DNA of 64,000 nucleotides from an uncultured Bdellovibrionales bacterium (GTDB lineage Bacteria > Patescibacteriota > Minisyncoccia > Moranbacterales > UBA1568). The stretch spans positions 19,681 to 83,680 of the forward strand of contig CAYTED010000006.1 of NCBI GenBank assembly GCA_964436855.1, given 5' to 3'. Under the pieces are notes generated by a model, which was not told where the DNA came from, searched no databases, and saw nothing but the letters and a program-made list of their open reading frames with translations. Positions 45,862 through 54,788 of this stretch are shown here, piece by piece. How positions within the stretch are numbered: the stretch's first letter is position 1; the number at the start of each line of letters is the position of its first letter. The position numbers were made by a program, and so were the translations under genes.

Positions 45862-47267
45862 GGCGGTTTCAAAACAAAAAAACAGGACGGGTGTTTCGTG
45901 TTTTGGCAGTGGCGTTTTTTCTCGTCTCGGCGATTTCTCTTTCCGGGTGCGGCTTCAAAGAGCAAGAAGAGCCGTATGCCGTTACGCTTGAAATGTGGGG
46001 TGTGTTTGACGATACCGACGCGTTTCAAGATGCGATCGGCGAATACTTGCGTACCAATCCGCATGTTCGGAATATCGAATATCGGAAAATGCCGGTTGAT
46101 ACGTATGAAAAAGATCTTCTTGAGGCGCTTGCCACCGGCAACGGGCCGGATATTTTTCTCATTCGCAATTCGTGGCTTCCGTCATATATCGACAAAGTGG
46201 CGCCGGCCGACCCCGCGTTTATTTCCGAGCGATCCTATCGCGATACATTTATCGACGTCGCCGCGGATGATTTTTTCGCGGAAGGAAAGGCGTATGCCGT
46301 CCCGCTCTCGGTTGATTCTTTGGGATTGTATTACAACAAGAGTCTTTTGAATGCTGCCGGCATCGGCTCTCCGGCGCGAACATGGGACGAACTTGCCAAG
46401 CAGGTCCGGCTCCTGACCAAGGTGGATGAGTATGGGAATATTACGCAGGCAGGTGTCGCACTTGGTACCGCGTACAATATCAATCGTTCGACGGATATTC
46501 TCTCGGCGCTTTTTCTTCAGTTTGGCGCGAGGATTGATTCTTACAAGGAAAATCAGGTTGATTTTCAGAAAGAGGCGAGCGACGCGATGCAATTTTATAC
46601 GGAATTTTCTCGACGCGGCGAATACTATTCTTGGGACAGCCGGGAGCATTATTCTCACGATGCCTTTTACGAGGGATCGCTTGCGTATATGATCAATTAC
46701 TCGTGGCATATTCCGACGATTCGCCAGAAAAACGCAAAGCTTGATTTTGGAGTTGCTTCACTTCCGCAGTTCAATGGTGTCGCGCCGGTGAACTTTGCGA
46801 ATTACTGGGGGTTTGCGGTGGCGAAAAATAAAATTGCTCCCACGCCGAATCCCGGAGAGCCGGTTACGCTTCCCGCCGGAAAAGAAAATGACTTGCGAAT
46901 TTTCGAGTCGTGGCAGTTTCTTCGGTATCTTTCGTTTCCGAATAAGGGGGCGATCACCCTCAAAAACGCGCTTTCGGGAAATACGAGGGAGTTTCCGATG
47001 AAAATCGATCCGGCGAAGAAGTATCTTGAGGTAACCGGAAAGCCGGCCGCGCGTCGGGATCTTCTTGAGGCGCAGAAAAGCGACTTGTGGCTTGGTCCGT
47101 TTGCCGAGGGAAATCTTATCGCAAAGAGCTTTCGGCAGTATCGACCGGAGCAAACCGAGGCGCTTCTCGCGGAAGCGATCGACAATGTGAATCGCGGGGC
47201 GTTGTCGATTTATAATGCGCTTGATCTTGCAAAATCGAAAATCAATCAGGTAAATGGGGAAAGGTGA
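45858..47267 (+). CDS. extracellular solute-binding lipoprotein (ABC transporter SBP family 1-like), orphan
   Basis: Lipoprotein signal (LSGCGF), then a pattern typical of sugar-type SBPs (GNGPDIFLIRNSWLPSYID...). No permease or ATPase genes adjacent. Confidence 0.7.
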   Translation: MRRFQNKKTGRVFRVLAVAFFLVSAISLSGCGFKEQEEPYAVTLEMWGVFDDTDAFQDAIGEYLRTNPHVRNIEYRKMPVDTYEKDLLEALATGNGPDIFLIRNSWLPSYIDKVAPADPAFISERSYRDTFIDVAADDFFAEGKAYAVPLSVDSLGLYYNKSLLNAAGIGSPARTWDELAKQVRLLTKVDEYGNITQAGVALGTAYNINRSTDILSALFLQFGARIDSYKENQVDFQKEASDAMQFYTEFSRRGEYYSWDSREHYSHDAFYEGSLAYMINYSWHIPTIRQKNAKLDFGVASLPQFNGVAPVNFANYWGFAVAKNKIAPTPNPGEPVTLPAGKENDLRIFESWQFLRYLSFPNKGAITLKNALSGNTREFPMKIDPAKKYLEVTGKPAARRDLLEAQKSDLWLGPFAEGNLIAKSFRQYRPEQTEALLAEAIDNVNRGALSIYNALDLAKSKINQVNGER

Positions 47268-47315
47268 TTCGGACAGTAGATACAAGGTTACGTAATTCGG
47301 TATTCGAATAAAGAA

Positions 47316-48371
47316 ATGCGGGTGAGTTTTCAAAAACTTTTTTTCGTGATCGGAAGTTCTCTTTTTGTATGGATGCAACCGACATCGGTCGGGGCGGCGC
47401 TTGTGCCGTGCGGCATCGGGGATGGTCCGGCGTGTACGCTCTGTCATATTATTGTCGGTGGCAAGGGTTTGATCGACTGGGGAATGAGCATTATGGTGAT
47501 CGTCGGGATCGCGCTTATTACGATTGCCGGTATTCGGTATGTCGTTTCGATCGGTCGATCGGGCGAAATGGGCGCCGCGAAGGGGATGATCGGGAAAACG
47601 CTCGGCGGGATCGCGCTTCTCCTGACGGGATGGTTGATTGTGAATGTAATCATTACCGTTCTTGCAAACGACAATCTCGGTATCGGCATTCAAAAAGAAA
47701 ACTGGTACAAGTTTTCGTGTGATGCGAAATCGGCGATAGAAGCGTCGGCGGAAGGGGCGATTCTTTCTCGCGGGAGTGATTCAAAACAAATCGCTTGTGA
47801 AAATGCCGATACGATGAAATCACGGCTTTCGAGCGGGGGCGGGGTATGCGTCGGGGTATGCCAGAGGAATGCATGCAGTTTTTCCGGTCCGGTCGATATC
47901 GCGATCCGCGAAGCAAAACTCCCGAATGGTATTTCGAGAAACCTTCTTGCCGCGGTGATCTGCCAAGAATCAAGCGGTCGAGCGTCGGCAACCAACACCA
48001 GAGGCTCTTTTACGAGTTGTGGACTGATGCAGGTAAATTCAAACGAGGTCGGCAATACGACCTGTACCGACAAGGTGAATTTGTTTGATCCGAAAATAAA
48101 TATCGAAAAGGGACTGGAAATTCTTTCCAAAAAATTCTCGAGTGTCAGCGCCGAGAAATATAAGACTGTCTCGAAAACGAACCAGGCGCTCGCGGCGTAC
48201 AATTGTTGCGGAAATGGCGAGAATCCGAATACCGAAAGCGTGAGTTGCAAGGCAAATGACGGGTGGGAATCGGTTCCAAGATGGGCGTGTCCGATTGATC
48301 CCGGTGGAATGTGTGTTGTCCGGGAGTATGCGTGCGATGTGGCGCTGTGTGAAGGACAGTATTCATATTAA
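47316..48371 (+). CDS. fusion of a TrbC/VirB2-like pilin module and a lytic transglycosylase (SLT/VirB1-like) domain
   Basis: N-terminal signal plus Cys motif (LVPCGIGDGPACTLC) and a two-TM pilin-like hairpin, then an SLT domain with catalytic-Glu motif AVICQESSG and GLMQV. Confidence 0.6.
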   Translation: MRVSFQKLFFVIGSSLFVWMQPTSVGAALVPCGIGDGPACTLCHIIVGGKGLIDWGMSIMVIVGIALITIAGIRYVVSIGRSGEMGAAKGMIGKTLGGIALLLTGWLIVNVIITVLANDNLGIGIQKENWYKFSCDAKSAIEASAEGAILSRGSDSKQIACENADTMKSRLSSGGGVCVGVCQRNACSFSGPVDIAIREAKLPNGISRNLLAAVICQESSGRASATNTRGSFTSCGLMQVNSNEVGNTTCTDKVNLFDPKINIEKGLEILSKKFSSVSAEKYKTVSKTNQALAAYNCCGNGENPNTESVSCKANDGWESVPRWACPIDPGGMCVVREYACDVALCEGQYSY

Positions 48372-48518
48372 TCCTGATTTTTTCAAGCAATCTTTCTGTG
48401 CCGGAAAATTTCCAGCGAAACTTTCCTGAAGTTGAAGAAAAAACTTTTCTGCTGGAACAGCAAAGACCGTGCTTTTTTCTTCAAATTCGCCCAGAAAGAT
48501 TCTTGAAAAAAATCAGGA
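48371..48518. repeat. nested-palindrome intergenic element, copy 2
   Basis: Outer 27-bp inverted repeat atcctgattttttcaagcaatctttctg / cagaaagattcttgaaaaaaatcagga. The core ctgaagttgaag...aaagaccgtgcttttttcttcaaattcgccc is homologous to 27000-27060. Confidence 0.55.
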
Positions 48519-48531
48519 AGGATTCAGTGAT

Positions 48532-48810
48532 ATGATTTTATTTGAAACAGCGAAGGCGGCGGGGGTGATTGAAAGCGCACCATCGGTCGGAGCGCTTTTC
48601 TCGAATATTCTCTTCTTTTTGTTGTCGGTTGTCGGGATCGTTGGTATACTGGGGATGGTGTTCTCCGGTTTTCAGTATCTCTTTTCATTTGGCGATGCCA
48701 AGAGGGTGGAACAGGCGAAAGCATCGTTTCGGTATTCGGTGATCGGCATTCTTGTCGCTCTCGGGGCGCTCATTCTTTTGAAAACGATCGAAGGGTTGTT
48801 GCGACAGTGA
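48532..48810 (+). CDS. TrbC/VirB2-like pilin
   Basis: ~92 aa with two TM helices and the pattern FSNILFFLLSVVGIVGILGMVFSGFQYLFSFGDAKRVEQAKASFRYSVIGILVALGALILL shared by the paralogs. Confidence 0.6.
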   Translation: MILFETAKAAGVIESAPSVGALFSNILFFLLSVVGIVGILGMVFSGFQYLFSFGDAKRVEQAKASFRYSVIGILVALGALILLKTIEGLLRQ

Positions 48811-48850
48811 AAGGTTATGGGTACTGAAAAGTTTTTTCCCCTCTCCTTTC

Positions 48851-48935
48851 GCGGAGGAGGAGGCAGGGGGAGGTGGGAATGAAATCTAAACCCCTCCTCA
48901 ATCCTCCCCGCCAGCTGGCGGAAAAGGGGAGGAAG
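48851..48935 (+). repeat. polypurine arm plus polypyrimidine/polypurine hairpin repeat, copy c
   Basis: gcggaggaggaggcagggggaggtggg...cccctcctcaatcctcccc-gccagctggcggaaaa-ggggaggaag. Confidence 0.65.
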
Positions 48936-48976
48936 CGAACTTGGTAAAAATAAAAACAGAAAGGAGGTGACGGCAC

Positions 48977-49342
48977 ATGATACAAACAATGAAAAAAATC
49001 GGATATGGAATTGCTGCGAGCGCAATGATGTCGGCTCCGATGGCGGCATTCGCGCAGTGGAATGCGAGCAATTACTCAAGTAGCGGTCTTTCCAATACGA
49101 GCGTGACCACACTTATCGTGAACATAATGAAGTGGCTCCTCTATCTCCTTGGATTCATCGCTATTATCGGATTTGTTATCGCGGGCGTTCTCTATCTTAC
49201 CGCGTACGGTGATAAGGAGCAGATCGACAAGGCGAAAAAAGCGATGCTCTATTCGATTGTTGGCGTGCTTGTGGCACTGATCGGATTTATCGTCGTTACC
49301 GCGGTCACCAATTTCCTTTCGGGAGGAACGACCTCGATTTAA
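48977..49342 (+). CDS. TrbC/VirB2-like pilin
   Basis: Signal peptide (AASAMMSAPMAAFA), TTLIVNIMKWLLYLLGFIAIIGFVIAGVLYLTAYGDKEQIDKAKKAMLYSIVGVLVALIGF. Confidence 0.6.
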   Translation: MIQTMKKIGYGIAASAMMSAPMAAFAQWNASNYSSSGLSNTSVTTLIVNIMKWLLYLLGFIAIIGFVIAGVLYLTAYGDKEQIDKAKKAMLYSIVGVLVALIGFIVVTAVTNFLSGGTTSI

Positions 49343-49466
49343 TGCAGAGAAGTCAAAGTGTATACACTTCGAAACAATCCCGCCTTTTTGGCGGATTGTT
49401 TTTTTTCGTGCGTATGGGATAATATGGGAAGAAGAGAAGGTATATTTGATAACAGATAATTTTTTT

Positions 49467-50078
49467 ATGAAGAAATATTTTTTTGTCTCGTTTGTATTTT
49501 TTGCAGCTCTTGTTTTCTTTGGTTTTCAGGGGGCGGCGTTTGCGCAGCTTGCTCCGCTTCAGTGTGTATCTGAAAATGCATCGTGTCAGCTCAATAATAC
49601 TACGATAGGTATATGTAAGAAGGTGTGTTCTGAATTTGACAACTCCTGCGGGCTTTCTTGTTCTGCTGATCCAAATGCCAAGACAAGTACAGCACTCCCG
49701 ACTCCCTCGACGAGTACGACGCAGCAGAGCCCAACCCAGGCGCAAAGCAGTACGAGCGCCCCTGTTCCGGTAACCTCTATCAAGCGTACCGGGCCGATTG
49801 TTCCGTCGTCGCAGGAACTTTTCGGATTGCCGGATACGTCAATTACGACACTGATTACGAATCTGATGGGGTGGCTCCTCTATATTTTCGGATTTATCGC
49901 GATTATCGCCTTTATTATTTCGGGATTGCAGTATCTGACGTCGGCGGGGGACTCGAAACAAATTGAGACCGCAGAATCAACAATGAAATATGCAATGCTT
50001 GGTGTCCTTGTAACGCTCGGATCGCTTGTTGTGATCAAGGCGATCGAACGAATGCTCCGCGCCTCGCTTATTTTCTGA
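49467..50078 (+). CDS. TrbC/VirB2-like pilin with N-terminal Cys-rich extension
   Basis: Signal peptide, six Cys (CVSENASCQ..CKKVCSEFDNSCGLSC), a Thr/Ser/Pro linker, then the pilin module ITTLITNLMGWLLYIFGFIAIIAFIISGLQYLTSAGDSKQIE. Confidence 0.55.
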   Translation: MKKYFFVSFVFFAALVFFGFQGAAFAQLAPLQCVSENASCQLNNTTIGICKKVCSEFDNSCGLSCSADPNAKTSTALPTPSTSTTQQSPTQAQSSTSAPVPVTSIKRTGPIVPSSQELFGLPDTSITTLITNLMGWLLYIFGFIAIIAFIISGLQYLTSAGDSKQIETAESTMKYAMLGVLVTLGSLVVIKAIERMLRASLIF

Positions 50079-50091
50079 AATGTTTTTCTGT

Positions 50092-50847
50092 ATGACCCGA
50101 CATCGAAATACTTTTTTTTCTTTTGTTCTCGCTTCGCTCGTGTTTTTTTCCGGAGCTGCTTCGGTTTCGGCACAAGCGCCGAGTTGTGCAAGTTTTGGCG
50201 GGACATGTGAATTAAGTTGTGATCTTTCGGTGACAGAGGATAAGACACCGGTATCTGATTGTAAAATTCCACCGAAGCAGACTTGTTGCGTCGCAAAAAA
50301 ATCACCCACGTCTTCGTCGGTAGGTCTGTCCGATGTTCAAATCACCAATTCTTTGAAATACGATTCCGTGGAAGCATTTGTTTCGGCGGTGCTTGTTACA
50401 ATTCAAGGGATTGTCGCGACGCTTGCGGTGCTTGCGATCGTGATCGGCGGCGTTCTCTATATTATTTCCGCTGGCAATTCGACGTGGATGGGGTATGCGA
50501 AAGGAGCGATTACCGGGGCGCTTATCGGACTCGCTCTCGTGATCGCGGCACCATCGTTTTTGAAAGAAATTTACGATATCCTTGGCGCTCGAAACAAACC
50601 GGCTGAAGTTTCGGCGGCGCTTTCTCTTACGCAGATTGCGATGAATGTGCTCAATTTCCTCCTCTCCATTATCGGTGTCCTCGCGGTGATTATGCTCATT
50701 ATCGGCGGGCTCACTTATCTCACTTCGGCGGGGGATACGAAGCGTATCGAAACCGGTCGGAATATCGTAAAATACGCGTTCATCGGTATTACGGTCGCCC
50801 TTGCGTCGCTTATTCTTATCCGAACGGTCGAAGGACTGCTTCGGTAA
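50092..50847 (+). CDS. tandem double TrbC/VirB2-like pilin with N-terminal Cys-rich segment
   Basis: Two successive pilin-like modules (..AILVLAIVIGGVLYIISAGNS.. and ..NVLNFLLSIIGVLAVIMLIIGGLTYLTSAGDTKRIE..) after a Cys-rich signal region. Confidence 0.55.
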   Translation: MTRHRNTFFSFVLASLVFFSGAASVSAQAPSCASFGGTCELSCDLSVTEDKTPVSDCKIPPKQTCCVAKKSPTSSSVGLSDVQITNSLKYDSVEAFVSAVLVTIQGIVATLAVLAIVIGGVLYIISAGNSTWMGYAKGAITGALIGLALVIAAPSFLKEIYDILGARNKPAEVSAALSLTQIAMNVLNFLLSIIGVLAVIMLIIGGLTYLTSAGDTKRIETGRNIVKYAFIGITVALASLILIRTVEGLLR

Positions 50848-50910
50848 TTTATTCTTGAAAAACAAAAACGGGCGAAGCGCGATGATACTGTGCTTGCCCG
50901 TCTTTACCTC

Positions 50911-52044
50911 CTACAACCGGATTCCGGTGTAGAAGTTGATCTTGATTTGCGTGGGACCGCTCAAGATCAAAGTGGTTTTCAATGTGCTAGGGATATTGAA
51001 TTCCCCGGAGGCACACCCACCTACATCGCTCTCGAACTCTCCGTCACCCGGGAGGGCTTTGTTGAGAACGAGTGCCCACGCGCGGTTTTTCGGACCCGGG
51101 AGCATCTCTCCTTTCGGATCGACACTCTCCGTACCGCTCACGTCGCGGGCTCGCTTTTCGTACTCGACGCCGTTTGACGTTTCGTATCCAACAATGAGCG
51201 ACCCGTCGACCTTGAACCGATATTGTTGCATCGGCTCGAGCCCACAGACCTCGATCGGCTTCGCGAGCGAGTCGACTCGGATGATTTTTTCGAGGCCGAC
51301 CACCTTTGCTTTGAGAGCATCGGTTCTTGGCGTCTTCCTCACCTCCGCGTAAACTTTCTTCACGAGCTCGGGATGGTCTTTCCTTGAAAGGTTTCCCTTT
51401 CGGAGCTCTTCCATCTCGCGGGCTTTCGCGGCATTCTCCCGATCTTCGAGATCGTTGAGAATTTGCTGTGCCGCCACTTGTTGTGGTGGTGTCGCAAAGG
51501 CGCGGAGTGGATCGAACCCCAAGAGGTTGATCCTCGTGGCCGATGGGAACATCGCCACGATTCCGACGGCACACATCGCGAGGAATATCCACGCCGTGAT
51601 TCGCCGGTACCACTTTACCGGCGTTTGGTAGTGCCAACACCAGAATCCGAAGCCGATGAGCCCCGCGACGAGGATCATCGATTGGATGAAGTTGCCTTTG
51701 AGGGGGAGTAGGAACGTCGCCCCTACAAAGGCTGCGAGGAAGAGGCCAGCCGAGACGCAGAAGTTTTTGTACTTCTTGAACGCGTCGTCGACCGCGAGTC
51801 CCACGACTCCGACCATCACGAGCACGTACGGCTGTATTGCGAAGTATGTGACCGCCGCAATCGCCGGGATGAGGAGGAGGACATTCACGAGTTCCTTGCC
51901 GATGAATCCGGCAAAGATCATGCCGAGTCCGAACAGTACCAGATTCACGACGACCCGGAAATACAGGGTGTCGTAGAAGATCTGGGCATTGCGTCCGGCT
52001 CGGAGGAATGCGAGCTGTGCAGCCCGCCGAATCAGTGTGAACAT
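50911..52044 (-). CDS. polytopic membrane hypothetical protein (GC-rich patch)
   Basis: 377 aa with at least 6 TM helices in the N-terminal half and a soluble C-terminal domain. GC content is above the neighbours. Confidence 0.45.
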   Translation of the reverse strand: MFTLIRRAAQLAFLRAGRNAQIFYDTLYFRVVVNLVLFGLGMIFAGFIGKELVNVLLLIPAIAAVTYFAIQPYVLVMVGVVGLAVDDAFKKYKNFCVSAGLFLAAFVGATFLLPLKGNFIQSMILVAGLIGFGFWCWHYQTPVKWYRRITAWIFLAMCAVGIVAMFPSATRINLLGFDPLRAFATPPQQVAAQQILNDLEDRENAAKAREMEELRKGNLSRKDHPELVKKVYAEVRKTPRTDALKAKVVGLEKIIRVDSLAKPIEVCGLEPMQQYRFKVDGSLIVGYETSNGVEYEKRARDVSGTESVDPKGEMLPGPKNRAWALVLNKALPGDGEFESDVGGCASGEFNIPSTLKTTLILSGPTQIKINFYTGIRL

Positions 52045-52067
52045 TTAATACTCCTTTCCCCGAACCT

Positions 52068-52841
52068 TCAGAAGGTCCGGATATCGTTGTTGGTCATGAG
52101 CATGAAAGCTACCATGCCCACGATGGCGAGTACTGCGAGGAGGTACCAGAGCATTCGACCGGGTTTATCGTTGGCCGTCCGCTCCGTCAACCACTCACGC
52201 CCTTGGCGCTCGTGATCACGTTGCCATCCGTCGAGCTGCGATTTCAATTCCTCGACGGAGTTCACTCCGAAGAGTTTGAAAATCTCTTTCTGAAGTTTGA
52301 CGCTCTTTACGAGTCGGATGACATACTTCAAATCATCCTTTGGACCCGAAAGGGTCTTGGAATCACGAAGTATCTTCACGGCTTCTTTTGGATCCATCGA
52401 GCAAAAAAGCTTGAGGATCATTGCTCCGCGGATATTTCCGACGGTTTTGGCATCATGATACCCGCCTTGACCATCGGGGATCCTGATCGTTACATCACTT
52501 TCGCGACGACCGATCATTTGGTAGAACTTTTTGCATTCGCCCGGATTCTTTTTGAGTATACCGAGAATTTGAGCAAGATGGTTGAGTTCTTGTTGGTTCA
52601 GTATGCCCTTGTTTTGACCAAGAGCAACCGCCCCCCAGAACAACGTTTCATCATCAAGGCCAAATCCAAATGGATCTGCGGCGAGCTTGTCCTTATCAGG
52701 TGCTTGTTGTTGCACGCCTTCGAATTTCTGACGTGCCGCCCCTATCGCTTGGCCGATCGTCCCATAACCCAGGAACGAGCCGAGCGTTTCAAATCCTCCG
52801 AGGATTTTTTTCCAGGTTTCCCTGTTGTCAACCATCTCCAT
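52068..52841 (-). CDS. hypothetical protein with C-terminal TM anchor
   Basis: 257 aa with a C-terminal TM (MLWYLLAVLAIVGMVAFMLM). Convergent with nothing annotated. Confidence 0.45.
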   Translation of the reverse strand: MEMVDNRETWKKILGGFETLGSFLGYGTIGQAIGAARQKFEGVQQQAPDKDKLAADPFGFGLDDETLFWGAVALGQNKGILNQQELNHLAQILGILKKNPGECKKFYQMIGRRESDVTIRIPDGQGGYHDAKTVGNIRGAMILKLFCSMDPKEAVKILRDSKTLSGPKDDLKYVIRLVKSVKLQKEIFKLFGVNSVEELKSQLDGWQRDHERQGREWLTERTANDKPGRMLWYLLAVLAIVGMVAFMLMTNNDIRTF

Positions 52842-53122
52842 TCCCTTCTCCTCCGCTTGGGAGGTAAAAAATTGGTAAAGTGCCTGTTACAAATGATGCC
52901 TGAACAGGCTCTGATTTTGTAACACTCTATATTAGCACAAAATTGAGAAAAAGTCAAGTGTAAAAAACGAGATATTGAGCTTTATATAAGCCTCAATTTC
53001 GATGAACAAGGAGGGAATTTTTATGGATTTAAAGACTCGGTGTCTTGACGAAGGTAAAAGGCTTTTTCTTTCTCCTCCAAAAAAGAGGGTAGAGTGAGGT
53101 AAAAGTGAGAGTAAAATCCGAA

Positions 53123-53158
53123 CCCCTCCTCAATCCTCCCCTTAGAAAGGGGATGAGG
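53123..53158 (+). repeat. polypyrimidine/polypurine hairpin repeat, copy d
   Basis: cccctcctcaatcctcccc-ttagaaa-ggggatgagg. Confidence 0.65.
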
Positions 53159-53284
53159 TTAGGGATTTTTGTTTTGAACTTGCTTGCTTTTGACATTCGT
53201 GACTTGAGATGCTATACTGTCCTTGTAATGAGTGGTCTCGGATGTTCGCGATTGGTTCGCGGATTCTTTTTTTCGAAAAAACAT

Positions 53285-53420
53285 TTTTTCGAAAAAATGC
53301 AAAATGAAAATATCAAAAATCAAAATGACACTGTAAAATGAAAAATTTTCGGACTTTCTCATTTTCCCATTTTGAATTTTTGATTGTCATTTTTCACTTT
53401 GATTTTTAAGTTTTAAATTT
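53285..53420. repeat. AT-rich quasi-palindromic element (AAAATGNAAAATATCAAAAATCAAAATGACACTG arms), copy 1, upstream of nusA
   Basis: aaaatgcaaaatgaaaatatcaaaaatcaaaatgacactgtaaaatg ... cattttgaatttttgattgtcatttttcac; related to 56690-56770. Confidence 0.55.
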
Positions 53421-53429
53421 TCTATAATT

Positions 53430-54737
53430 ATGCCAAAGAAAAAGGTGGTACAAGATGAAGAATCGCAGGAGGCGGGAAGTCTTTCGGGACGACTGGGTGA
53501 ATTCGGAAGTGCGGTGATGCAGATTGCCGATGAGAAGGGAATCGATCGAGGGAAGGTTGTGGAAATTGTCGAGGCGGCGCTTGCGGCCGCGTACAAGAAG
53601 GATTACGGCAAAAAGGGGCAGGTGATTCGTGCCGAGTTTGATGAAGTTACGAAAACCGCGAAATATTTTCTTGTGAAAGAGGTGGTCGATGAAACGACCC
53701 GCGATTTTACCGTTCCTGAAGAGAGCGAAGAAGGAAATGAAAAGGAGGAAAAAGGAAGCGTGGAAAAAGTCGACGAAAAGGCTGAAGAGATGGGTGAAGA
53801 TGTTCCCGAAGAAGATCGTCTCCCGCGGTATAATCCGGAGCGTGATCTCACTCTCGAAGAAGCGAAACAGGGAAAGAAGAATGCAAAAGTAGGCGATACG
53901 ATCGAGATCGAACTTGAATCGCACGATGAGTTTGGTCGTGTGGCGGCGCAGACTGCCAAGCAGGTGATTATTCAGCGTGTGCGTGAAGCGGAACGCGAAT
54001 CAATGTTTGAAGAATACAAGGGTCGCGAAGGGCAAATGGTATCCGGCGTGGTGCAACGAATCGAGGGACGGAATGTGTTTCTTGATCTTGGAAAATCGAT
54101 CGGTATTCTCTTTCCGTCGGAACAGGTGGAAGGAGAAAATTATCGAATTGGTCAGCACGTGAAGGTGTATCTTGTGCGCGTGGAAAGTGATCCGAAGGGA
54201 CCGGGACTTCTTTTGTCGCGAACGCATCCGGAGATGATTCGGCAACTTTTTTCACTCGAAGTTCCGGAAGTATACTCCGGAATCGTCGAGATTAAGGCGA
54301 TTTCTCGCGAGGCGGGATCGCGCGCAAAGATTGCGGTGGTATCGACACAGGAAGGCGTTGATCCGATCGGGTCGTGTGTGGGGCAAAAAGGAACGCGCGT
54401 GCAGGCGGTAATCGACGAGCTCGGCGGCGAGAAAATCGATATTATCGAATGGAACGAAGATCCGAAAAAGTTTATCGCTGCGGCATTGTCGCCGGCGAAG
54501 GTATTGAACGTGGAAATCGTGGAGGATTCCGAGGGACGAAGAGCGATTGTTACGGTTCCGTCGGATCAACTTTCGCTTGCTATCGGAAAACGCGGACAGA
54601 ACGTGCGTCTTGCGGCGAAACTTACCGGATATCGGATTGATGTTTCGGCAACGGATGCGGTTGTTGAAGAAGAAACTCCATCGGAAGAAGCTTCTCCGGA
54701 AGAATCTCCGGAAGTTTCCGAAGAGACGAAGGATTAA
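53430..54737 (+). CDS. nusA: transcription termination/antitermination factor NusA
   Basis: S1 and tandem KH domains (..VTVPSDQLSLAIGKRGQNVRLAAKLTGYRIDV..) with an acidic C-terminus, 435 aa. Confidence 0.9.
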   Translation: MPKKKVVQDEESQEAGSLSGRLGEFGSAVMQIADEKGIDRGKVVEIVEAALAAAYKKDYGKKGQVIRAEFDEVTKTAKYFLVKEVVDETTRDFTVPEESEEGNEKEEKGSVEKVDEKAEEMGEDVPEEDRLPRYNPERDLTLEEAKQGKKNAKVGDTIEIELESHDEFGRVAAQTAKQVIIQRVREAERESMFEEYKGREGQMVSGVVQRIEGRNVFLDLGKSIGILFPSEQVEGENYRIGQHVKVYLVRVESDPKGPGLLLSRTHPEMIRQLFSLEVPEVYSGIVEIKAISREAGSRAKIAVVSTQEGVDPIGSCVGQKGTRVQAVIDELGGEKIDIIEWNEDPKKFIAAALSPAKVLNVEIVEDSEGRRAIVTVPSDQLSLAIGKRGQNVRLAAKLTGYRIDVSATDAVVEEETPSEEASPEESPEVSEETKD

Positions 54738-54788
54738 TTTTTTCTTCTCTTGATTCCTGATTCTTAATTCTTAATTCTTCTAATAACT

